The translations under genes and the position numbers were made by a program. Of a DNA stretch of 64,000 nucleotides, positions 24,701-36,700 are shown one piece after another. The notes under the pieces are model-generated. The model was not told the DNA's origin. It searched no databases and saw only the letters and a program-made list of their open reading frames with translations. The stretch is from Asterias rubens (Eukaryota), in assembly GCF_902459465.1 (NCBI RefSeq), contig NC_047079.1:8804001-8868000 (forward strand), in the 5' to 3' direction. The stretch's first letter is position 1. Every line of letters begins with the position of its first letter.

Positions 24701-27700
24701 AACAAAATGGTGTCTATTCCTGAAGTCTATTCAATGCGACAGCATGAATGTTATTGAGATCTCGCTACAGCGCTCACCAGAACAGTGAAATGGAAATCAG
24801 AAATACATGTAGGACTGCAAGACAGGAGCAAATGGAAGTTGAAACGTCGTTCACCAACTGCTTCTCTGTCATTTGTTACAATGAGCTTTTTTATAGTAGC
24901 TACGTTAAAGATGATGTACACATATCCCGGAGTAGTTCAGGATCCTTTGTCCTCATCTAGGGACTTAATTAACTATTCATGGGCTTAATTAACTCACCAG
25001 TTGTTAATCACAAAAGCTCTGACACTCCACAGTCAGCGTGATCTTCACAGTAACTGCACACGTAGTTTAATCAGACAGATGAGAGATACTGTTGTTATTA
25101 AATACAGATTCTATACTTAACTCCCAATGTTCAAGAGAATTATGTAAAAGTTCAAGACACAGGCCTGTATGCTTAAATTTTAAAAAGAGCAAGGGCACCA
25201 ATTTTCTTCTTGGTTAAAGGGCACCCTATGATGAGGAAATTGTGAATTTCAACTGGAGCAATTCAAGGGCACCAAGACAATGACCATGGGGCATTGAGGC
25301 AATCGCCTACAGTATGAATCCCATCTGAAGCTCTTCTTGGTCTCCTGACGAAGGGCAGGACACAAAAAGTAAAACATTCAGCCGTAGGGAGGAAAAAGCA
25401 ATTTGATCTTTTCCCAACACCACCAACTTCTCCAGATATGTATGTACTTCTGGTACAATTCAGTCACACTACTTCAGGGATAAAATTTGACAAGTGAGAT
25501 TTCCCAAATGGGAAAAACTGCCTAGGGGTCTCGGTTCCTCCTTACACTCTAGTCCCAGAACCTTCAAGACGTTCCTTGAAGACTCTATGCATCACCTATA
25601 AATAAACCTTGCTCCATGCCTAAACACACAAGTTTACACTCAATTTCTTTCTCCATTTGGCGACTGTTTCTTTTCTATTAAAGATAATTTGGAGTCTCGA
25701 TAAGATTTGAAGAAAATCCTGGGAGCGACTAAAATCCTTAGAAATCACCGCGCCTGCTACTTAAGGACTTCCTCCAACTTCCTCCAACTTCCTCCAACTT
25801 CTAGTTGGAGTTGTTTTGAATTGTCCTGCTGGAAGATAATGATGCAGCTGGAGAAGTATGAGTTCAAATCTCCTATGTATTTTCAACAACCAAATCCTTA
25901 GCCTAGATTTCGAGAAAATCCTGAAATCGTGAAAAGTCCTCAGAAATCACTTGTCTGCTACTTATTTTCTTTCATTCCCAAACGTCTAGCGGGATGCAGT
26001 TCGAGTTCGGAAGAAAACGAGGTACAGTAGCTAGAGATCTGTTCCTATTGCTGTACAGTTGTTCCAATCTCACATCAAGAAATCATGTTCTGCCTCCATG
26101 GTTGATGGTTGTGTCCTTCCTCTATGGTTGTACTGATGGACAGTGTGCCTGGTCATGCATCCTTCTAGACCTTCACCCAAGGTGCACATCAAAGCCTAAC
26201 AACAATCATTGATTATGTAATCCAGCCACTACTTGACCAACAACAGGCCTTTGTCTTTCTGCTTCACTGGTCATCAATCCTTTGTATGTAATAAACTTCT
26301 TATTAATGCTGGTCTTGGGAGATTAAGGTGGTAATGACCAAACAAACTGGCTGTTGCTTTTGGAGCTCAATACACCTTGGGTCCCCCCCCCATAAATTGT
26401 GTCTTCATTGTGAATGCTCCCTTAATAAATCCACTACAACACCTGGGGACTGCAGTGAAATTTCCCAGCTAGTCCCCCAGCTAGTGTGGCGTTGACAAAC
26501 ATCTATATTTCTGAACTGCTTCAAGTTTACACTCCATCAAGGAATCTTCAATCAAGTTCCATGCTTCTCCTCATTGAACCCAAGTCTCAACACTCATGGG
26601 GTGACAGGTCTTTTTCTTCAGCCGCGCCACGTATCTGGAACTCTCTACCACTTAATCTTTGATCTTGTGTTTGTACCGCAAAATTCAAGTCTCTTCTCAA
26701 AACTTATCTTATGTCACAGGTTTTCAATGACTAATCTTGTTGTGTCTGTTTTTCTTTGTGCTGTGTTTTGTTTTTGTTTTGTTTTTGGTTTTACTGCGCC
26801 TTGAACACCCAGCAGGGTGGATATGTGCGCATTACAAGTCTTATTATTATTTATTATTATTTATATGTTGACAAACATCTTGGTGTTGACAAGCAAAAAG
26901 CAGGACAGTCCTTTTCAGAACTTATGATTTTCCCAAATTCAGAAAATCTATCTGCAATAGTAGAAGATAAAGCAAGACAAGTTCACAGAAGAAATAATCT
27001 ACCTGGCAAAAAGACTCACACGGTGTTAAACACACACCAAATATATAAATTATTGTGAAAAAAGTTGTAGTGTTCCAAATAATGTAGTTTTTTTAAACAA
27101 ATTATACAGGAAGCTGAAATTTAATGTTTGAGAGGGATGACCAATTTTATTTTGTATACCTTTACTACGTATAGTAAAGGGCACTTCTAACTACACAAAG
27201 GCAACCTCCAAAGCTGGAAAAGTTTCTTTGTTTGACCATGGAGGAAGAAATAGCGCCGTTTACTGAGTTGACCGATCCAAGAAAACCAAGAAGGAAAACA
27301 ACATAATTGTGCACGGGGGACCTTACTAAGAACCGTTATTCACTCGCTTTGTTTACTCGCAGCTGATCCCGACGGATAAGAGAAGGTAACAAAAGTGAAA
27401 AATTTCCCGAAGATTACTCCCTAAAAGCCTTCAAGCTTGAATTCAAGTCAGTAGACGAGGGAACATAGCTTTTGCGTATCCGAGGGGGTCCTTGCGTAAG
27501 ATAACCAGATTACAAGTGTCGAGAGAGATGTAGATTTCAGATTGGCCTATGGCATGCACAGGCTCACTGGGGATTCTCGTTCTGACCTTCAATTTCTATT
27601 AGAATAGGCGGCTATGAAGTGTTTGTTTGAAGAGCTGCATTAGATATTTAGTAGGCTTGGGAGAGAAGCTTGTTATTGATGGTATTTATACGTCTCGAAA

Positions 27701-30700
27701 TAGCCGCACATTACATCAATTCAGTTCTCGCCTTTTTAATTTATGTACATGTTTGATTGTGCAGGGCTTAAAATTAACACTGGAGCGTAAGCTGAGGCCA
27801 GTGACTTTAACATTGGGCCATAACTGGACAAATCTGGCAGTCATTGGGCCAATTTCATAGCGCTGCTTAATGGTGAGCAAATTTGCGTGCTAACTAAAAA
27901 GAAAATTTCTATATATAAGCATAATTCACAGGTTAGGATATGCATGTATTTGTTTGTACTTGTTTATGCCTTTGAAGAAGTTCCGGTATGGATTGAAAGC
28001 TAAGGCCATCTCCCCTTCTCATTATGATATATTAAAAAAAAATTATTGAACGGCATATATACTAATTTATTTAGTTTCATAGTTCATTAATTTTTCACCT
28101 AACTGATTTCATTATTTAATTCTGTAAAGTAAGGAGTTGTAGAATTGTGTTTGAGCTTGCCGGGCTTAATCAAAACTGTTTTTTAATTTAAACAAGAAAA
28201 GTAAAGAACGTTGTATTTGCACTGACTGGGGGAAAAGTTGAGTCGTTAGATGGAGAGGTTTAGGTTAACGGCACAATACCTTAACTTGGAGCAGCGAGCC
28301 AGTTGGTATTTCAAGGGACTCCTTCAAGAAGCTTGAGGGGTGTTCCCCATCCTGGCCGCACCCTAATTGATTTGATCTAGAAATTTGAATGTAATAATGA
28401 CAACTACTCCCACGTCATCGACTGACGTCACCATCTTGCGGGGAACTGTTCCCCTGGAGGTTCGATAGGAAATTAAACAAACATCGCTGACAAATGAAAA
28501 GAAAAACAGCGAAATTGTAGGAGGGGACTGCAAGTGGAATGTGTTTTGCTATCTCATGTCTTCTGTTTCTAGAGTAGTTACCAAACATATACCCTGCCTT
28601 TAAAAACAGTGTCGCCTGTTTTTTACTGTAAAGTACCTCCACTGTGCAAACCCTGACATCATTCTTGATCTTGTTTTCTACTAAACACCTCTTTAAAAGG
28701 TTAAACACCTCTTTAAAAAGTAGGAATCCATCAAAAGCAGGAGAATCCAGAATGCAGAGTTTTCCGAAAGGTTCAGGGTAGTCAGAGTTTACTTGTCTGA
28801 AAATCCTAACACAAGTTCAGCTTAATGGATCGCTCAATCAGCGTTTTGTACCAACCTTGTTCCCCCTCGTCAAAGTGGAGATCCTCGTACGGTCCGCTAT
28901 CATCACCTCCGCACTCCAAGGCATCAAAGTGGGTCACATGATGATTCGGGGACTCGCCAACTCCCTCGATGTTATAGCCTGGGGTAATGTTAGGAATGGG
29001 AAACAGTTAATGACCAGTGTGAGGCAAAGACCCTATGGGTAAAATAACTTGGTCTCTATCTCCCCTCTCCCTTCCCCTATCCCCACCACTGAGCTTAGGC
29101 TACTGGTGAAATTTTAATACTACTCGACAAGTCGGGCCTCAAATAGTTTGTTACTTTGATAATAGTCGCGATTAAAGATGCATTGAAGCAGTGAAGCAGT
29201 ATGCCATATAGGCGAAATTTATAGGAACATTTATGCTGAAAGGATTGAAGGATTGCGTCACTGATACCTGATTGTGTTTTGTCAGTAAGTTGTTGTTGCA
29301 AATAGTAATGAACAACACATTTGGTTCAAGCATGAGGTTGCAACTAATTTGTAGTAGTCGCGGCGGCACGATTAACCAAATACATGTAGTTATATAACGG
29401 TAGACTCAACTAGACTAAGCAATCAATAGTCGCAACTTCAACCACCGTGGCTACAACACTGCTTTTTAAGTAGCGTTACAACAAAACAAAGAGCCACATT
29501 GTAATGCTGTACACAAACACAGACACACACATAACGATGCACAACTATCATCAACGAGTGAGATACTGACAACCGACCCCCCCCCCTCCCCTCCCCTCTT
29601 CCCAGCAAAACATCCCAAACTGTAGCTTCACAATCATGACTTGGCCCCTTTAATCCCACCAGGTCTGGGATTACCCGCGACTCTCTTTTTGACAACCTGT
29701 GACATTAAAAAGCGAATGCAGACGAGCGAAAATAATTACAGGGGCAGCAGGCTTTGGGTAGTGACCCGCAATTTGACAAGTTGGGGACCTACACATGTAC
29801 GTCAGACGACTGAGAGGGCTGCAAAATATTAGAGCTTTGACACCCAAGCCAGACGTACCCCTAGCGTTAAAATCATCCAGCCAGCGACACCTCTTATGCA
29901 AAAGCGGGAAGGTCGCTGTTGCTGAGGAGTAATGTCAACAGGCTAGGAATTAATCCAACCAATATCTGAGAGGTCCCGTAAATTCTGAACGACTGAAAAA
30001 ATGTTTGCTTTGCAAAATGTGAAGTGAAGAGGGAAAAAAAAGTGTCTTTTTTATCGATGGATGTGAATTAAATACACAGCCCTGCCGAAAAACTCATTAA
30101 AAAAAAAATCCACATTATTGGTGATTTCAGTCAATTCTGCAAATAGTTGCAGGTTTTGAAATTCATTTAAAAATTCCTTTGCAGTAATTACAGTCCGTTT
30201 TACAGAAGACAGCGCATCAGAAGGGGAAAAAAACAAGTAACAGAGACAAGTAAGGACATGTTTTACAGAACATAGTTGGTGCGTTCGTTTAGCTTCCCTG
30301 GGTCGACCCCGGTCTGTTCCCGGCTGCGTTTCAATAGCTTTGACGTCATTCCAGGGGCTCACCCAGATCAGCCCCCATGGCCCTGCTTGTGGGGTGGGTC
30401 ACTTGGTGTGACCCAAGGTGCATGATGTCACCAAGAGAGGGCGGGGGTGATCGTTTGATTAGCTCATGGCAGGGGCTCACCTGAGTGAGCACCGAATTTG
30501 TCTGTGCTTAGCAAGTTTTTAAGCTTACAGGCCAAGCATAAATCCCACTTAAAAGTGCCAAGCATACTTTGTTTGCTTTTGGATCCCTCTTCACATCCGT
30601 GACTCAACCTCGATCAGCTCATTCAAGACTCAGTTAAAAACACATCTTTTCAAACAATGTTAAAGCGTTTTCAAACGCCTGTGGAAAGCGCCATACAAAT

Positions 30701-33700
30701 GATATTTATTATTATTATTATTTCACAGCTTAGGTTAGAAAGGAAATGAGACAGTACATTTAATCTAAGCTATTTCTATGAATATGACAGATGTACCCTT
30801 AGAATGAGTTCACATAGAATGTCGTAGAGTTTATACATACAGAGACTGGAGACATGACAGAAGATGGATGTACATGTGACGAAGATGATGAACTCCCCAT
30901 GACGTCTCAGAGAGGTTTTGTAAAACCACAAATACCCTACCTTGATAGATCTCATTGTCATGCCAACCAGCATCTTCCAGATCCTCACCTCCATTTTGGT
31001 TGTGGTATTTATCCCTCCAGTGTGGAGCATCGACCTCGTAGATTGTCGGCTCGGCACTGGAACTCCCATCATGCCTTGGTGTCGGCAACGATGTTTGCTG
31101 AGGTCTGTTCGCTTTGCTGTCACTGGCGAACGATAATAGCGCTCCCGGTGGTTGGTTTGAGAGTTTTTCTATGATCGTTGCAACTTTGACGGACGTGCCT
31201 TTTGTCTCTACGTACTGTGTCGGCATGTCCAGGTTGGTTGGACGATTCTTCTTTGCCTTTGTGTGACCATTAGCTTTGGGTTTGTCTGGAAGCTTTTCAT
31301 CGTCATTGCTGACTGGTCGGAGCACGCCCACACACGCCATGTTGGCTGGAATGACATCGTCGTAAATATCCTCCTCCTTGTCCTCCGACCTATTGTTGGA
31401 ATAGTTTAACTGAGGGCTTTCTACTGGTGGGTTGCCAGGGATGACATCATCATAAATGTCCTCTTCCGTGATTGTTAGTAACTCTGACATATCATGTAGT
31501 CTGTTCTCATCAATATTGCTTTCCGTTTGGTCATTTGTCACCTCAGTGGAGTCAAGGTTTTGCAGTGATTGGCCTCCACTTGGATCGGATATCTGTAAAA
31601 AAGAAAGAAGAAAAAAAACTATAAATAAATAGTAAACCTGCAGGTACAACCGTGTAAATCTCTTATGAGTATGAGTACATACTGTTCGAAACGTCAAGAC
31701 TGAACAATATACTGTTTGTTAGTGCTCCAGAGCACCTCTAAACTTTCAAAGTCACAAAATGATGTGACTTTTATGTGACTCAAGTCCAGCTTTAATACTT
31801 CTCAAAAATCAAATCACATTTAATATCGAGGGAACCTATGAAGACATCGACATCTTCATCCAACAATCTTGTTTAAGACCGTTGATTTGGCAGAACAAAA
31901 ATCAGACTGAAAACCAAAGCCACACACTATCTTCAGTTATCCTATTACGTATGTTAGAATGTATAATGCAGATGATTTGTTTTTGGATCAACAGATCCAA
32001 TGAGTGTCTTATCGCGACGTCAATTCAAATACGCGTAAAGTCTACTGACATTTATACAAGGAATTATCAAATGCGCTATCCATAACCATGGTAACCTATA
32101 AACAGAATCATCTTCGCATCCTCAGAGATCCCTCAAGGAACCTAGTGTACAGAAAACTCAACCCAAAAACCCACTATAACACTTGTTTTTAAAGGCACTG
32201 TACAATATTGGTAGTTACTCAAAATAATTGCTTCAGCATAAAAACTTATTGGTAAAGAGCAAAGGAGAGCTGTTGGTAGTATAAAACATTGTGAGAAACT
32301 GCTCCCTCTCACAAAGTTTTTGAGAAAGACCCAAATACTAAATGCCTTCTTGTGCCACAAGATTGTTTTTTTTTTCTTTAAATATTCTCTTGCAACTTTC
32401 GAAGATCAATTGAGTCCACATTTTAACAGATTTGTTACTTTATAATGCAAATGTTGGGATCACCAAGAGAAAATACTGGTCTTTGACAGTTACCAAAGAC
32501 GTCTGGTGCCTTTAAACTGAAAAAATTGAGTTCTGTGGTCTCAAGTATTTTATGCCAGGAATACCTAGGGAGAACCCCCCCCCCCCCTCTCCTTCTCAGA
32601 GTCTCAAGATTTCAGAAGAAAAAAGAATCAATGATTAACAGAGTACAAATACAGCAGAGAATCATGAAGTCCTCGTTTGTACGGAGCGTACACGCAGTGT
32701 AAGATGAGCTTGCTGAGCTAGGAGTGGGGATTTGCATAGCGAGTGAATTATATTATAGAGAGGTCATGTGTGCGGATGTCATACATGTAGACATCTCCCG
32801 TTTGGCATGTTAACGATTCAATGGATCCCAAACACTGATGATCTAAGAAATTGTACCAAGGATTTGTTGAGATTATTGAATGGGATAACTGGGTATGGGG
32901 AAAAGTTAACTTCACCACTGGACAATGTTATTAAATTTGTAGTGACAAGTAAATGTTGGGCCCTGGATTTTTGCCTGGTAACCAGTTTCTGTCAAGCAAG
33001 ATGTTTTGTGCTTTGCAAGTTTGTTTGTGCTTAGCAATTGTGTTGTGCTACAGGCTTTTAAAATTGGGCCCTGGTCCTGTTAGCTAGTCACTGAAAAAGT
33101 TAGTGGCAAAGCCTGGGGTCTACTGCTAAGCATTCTGTGGTACTTGGGGGGGGGGGGGCAGGGGATGATCATTTCATACTACACCCACAGCTTTGGATAT
33201 TGCCCTGTGCGCGAAAAACACTACCTTGTCCTACTGGTAGAAACATCACTCACTGGAGATTTACAGTTTAATCATGTAGTAATATGCATTTGGTATTCCA
33301 GACTAGATTCAGATACAGCTTCACCCCCCCCCCCCCCCCTCCCCTCCTTCTCCCCTCCTTCTCCCCCAATGGATAAGGTCAATGTTCATGCTCTAATTAA
33401 CTTCCCGGATCGCATGTCGTTTCCTGACCACCGACACCTGTGATCGTGTGATTACATGGATGTGGCACCCCGGTTTCTTAGGTAGCCTCCTCTGCCCCGA
33501 CCGACTTTCCTCCTCCCCTTAAGTTGCCTTGAACTTGAGTGATGGGATGAAGGCTGTTGAGCCAGGGCAATAAGACTGGGAAGGGGGGAGGGAGGGGAAT
33601 AATGAAGTGTAAATGACAGGAGGTTTCATTACTGATGATCGGTATCAGGGGCTCGCGACAAGGGCCCAATTTTGTAGAGCTGAGCTGAGCACAAAAATTT

Positions 33701-36700
33701 GCTTAGCATGAAATTTCTACATGATTTTCAGGATGAGCGAACATCAGCTGATACCAGTAACAAGCAATATATGCAACAAACATAATTTTTTTTGGTAATC
33801 CAGTTTTTATGTAGGAAAAAATGTCATGCTAAGCAAAGTTTTGTGCTTAGCAGCTCTATGAAATTGGGGCCTGTTCCTACCATCTGCCACAGCAGTCTGT
33901 TTTAGATTTAAAAACAAAAGTGTGTAATTTTGCTGTTGTTTCATGCAAAGCTTTTGATTGGCCTTATGTTTCAACTCGGAGGCTATTGTTAAGTGGGATT
34001 CATGGCTGGCAAGCGTGTGAGAGAATTCTTAATGGTGATTAACGTGGACTCTCTGCTGCCTCAGGGAGTTTGTCTTGTTTGTGTGGCATTAAGATCATTT
34101 CACTTAAGCAGGAGTGATACAACATTGAGGCAATGAAGACAACTGCATCCGTGGTCATGGTGATTTCATTTGTGTTCGCTGAAACCTTTTAGTAGAAAGA
34201 TACAAGATAATTTAACTCATTGATGTGGCCCAAAACATGAAGGCAACAGAGAAAATTGCCTCCATGCCTTTGATCAACTCATGCCTGATATCTCATGGGG
34301 GCAACAAAGGCAGTTGCCTCCATGCATGCCCTTGATCAATGCAGAACTGATACTTCATAAAGGCAACAGAGGCGATTGCCCCTATGCCCCTGACCAATGC
34401 AGGCTCAATACTTCTTGATGGCACCCCGCCCGTTGCAGGCCTGTTACTGTATGGAGGCAAAATCAGATGCGATGTGGGTGTCCGTTTGTATCGGAGTATA
34501 ATATCCAGATCCAGATCCAGAGGCAACAGAGACAATTGCCACAATACCCTCCTGGTGCCCTGGTGCCCCTCAAAACCCGACAATTATAATTTCCCTTAGC
34601 CTGTCCTTTACTTACGCAAATTGTTTATGCCCTATGTACAGACATGAACATGTTGCCCATGTTTTTAAGACAAGTTTAAAATGCAGTCAGCAGTACCAGG
34701 TGTTACCTGCAAGTCATAAATATTAGGTGGATCTAATTCTGATAACTCATATCGCATAATTCCCGTCAAACCTCCAAAATGTTCACACATATTGGCGGTA
34801 TTTCATAATCGTTAAGTAATTCCCTGAAGGCAATTCCTGTGAGCGTTTCGTTCGCTTCACTTCAATGCCAATAGGAGACTCCCAGATGCCCTGCGCCGTG
34901 GCGGGAAGTTAATTGTGGACCTTATTTGCACGGCACGCCGTTCTTACTGTGTGTTTCATCACCTGTTCCGGGGGAGTGAAGTTTGGACTTGGAAATTTAA
35001 AAAAAAAAAATTGATTGTGTTTGGAATTTTTTGGGGCCAGTCAATTTGTAAACTTGATTACTAGTATTTGTTGAGATACATAAGAGACTCTGTACCCACT
35101 AAAAGGCATGTCACAGTACCAGTTGAAGTACTACAAATGATCGATTGACAAAAAAAACAATGAATTGATAACTTTTATCACGCCGTACTATTCAAAACAA
35201 AACTGGATACAAACCTGGAGCCGTTATGTTTGCGCAGAATGAATAATCCATACACAATCTGAGAAACATCCCATGCAGAAACATTTCTCAGATTAAATGT
35301 CAGATTGATAGGCTATGTTTTGAATACCTCTTTCAAAAAACACTCCTTTGGAGTGAACTATTTCTGAAAATTGTACAGTATCAACAGCTGTAGTGCTTGT
35401 TAATGTTACCATGTTGTTACCAAGTAAGTTTTTAAATGTATTTCCCCTTCACTGCTTGTGTTACTCTGACATTGATGTTTGTTGTGTTATCATATTAACC
35501 TTTGAGAAAGACTCTGCTAGGGTTGCAACGTCAGACCATTAAACTATTGTTTGCATACAGTTCTACAGTATGTCCTTTTGGTTGGTAAGCTCTTTGCAAC
35601 AGATAATTCTATTTTCTTTTTAGTTCTAAACCAATTACCAAAGGTATACTCTCCCTATTTTATGCTCAATGCCTATTATGCCTCCATTACTGCCCCCTTG
35701 CAGTACATCTAGTCCCATTAAATGTCTGCGACTATCAGGTCTGCTACATTCTAATTTATCCTCCCTGCGGGGCTAATGACTGGCACATTAGCTACCGTTC
35801 TCCAAACACACTATGTCTAGTCTCGTTACATACACACAATCATCCATCACCGGGATTTTTTCTTCTTCTTCCAGTGCCTTTAAAAAGAATGTTATTCCGT
35901 AAACCGCTATTCAAGAAAGCCTGAATGCTTCTTCTGCTGCCGTGAAAGGTTGTATGTCTCGTAAACAACATAAACACCCTTTGCCCTACTGCCGCCTCCC
36001 ACCCATTGCCAAGAATCCCGGGTTCCTTTTATCAGTCTTAAACATCTCGCTCGGACGGGTTTCATCCGTCCAACCACTGAGAGTGATTCTGCTCTGGGAC
36101 AGTTTTGGAAACGAAACTGCAACGGAATCAAACGATTAGGGGGAGGGTAAAATTGAGCGTTTTTGTATAATCAAAGGATCTGGGGCAGAACATTTACTAA
36201 GAATTCTTAAACGTACGAAACTTACAATCAATTTGCCATATTTTTGACGGCGTGAGGGCATACATGTATATGTGGACCAATTTCACGACATGAAGAACAA
36301 GTAAACAAATGAGGAAAAATCATCCATAATTGGAATACTCATATTCTGAGAAACGCTTCATGCAGAAACATTTCTCAGATTTAAATTCTTTGAATCCCTC
36401 TCTCTAAAACTTCATTCCTTTGAAGGGAACTGTTTATGAAAATGACCGTGTGAAGGCCTTTTTTTATACCAATTTCAGGACATGAGAAACAAGCAGTGGT
36501 TGCTATTATTATGTTGATAAATTTTGTCATTGATGCAAGAAAATTACATTTATAAGCAATTAAAACGAGATGAACTGTAATTTGTGATGCAAGACATTCC
36601 TTGATGAGAGTGCCCTCATGTGGTCAAAAATATGGTCAATTAAAAAATGTACAGCACCCTTCATATCTCTTATTGTATATTCAACCTCACTTGTTAATTT

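Noticed and set aside
24420-24790. Complex GC-richer stretch as an extra exon
   Set aside because: No open frame with compatible splice sites.
33445-33560. Exon-like segment (acag|CCTTCATCC...)
   Set aside because: In-frame stop and a weak or phase-incompatible donor.
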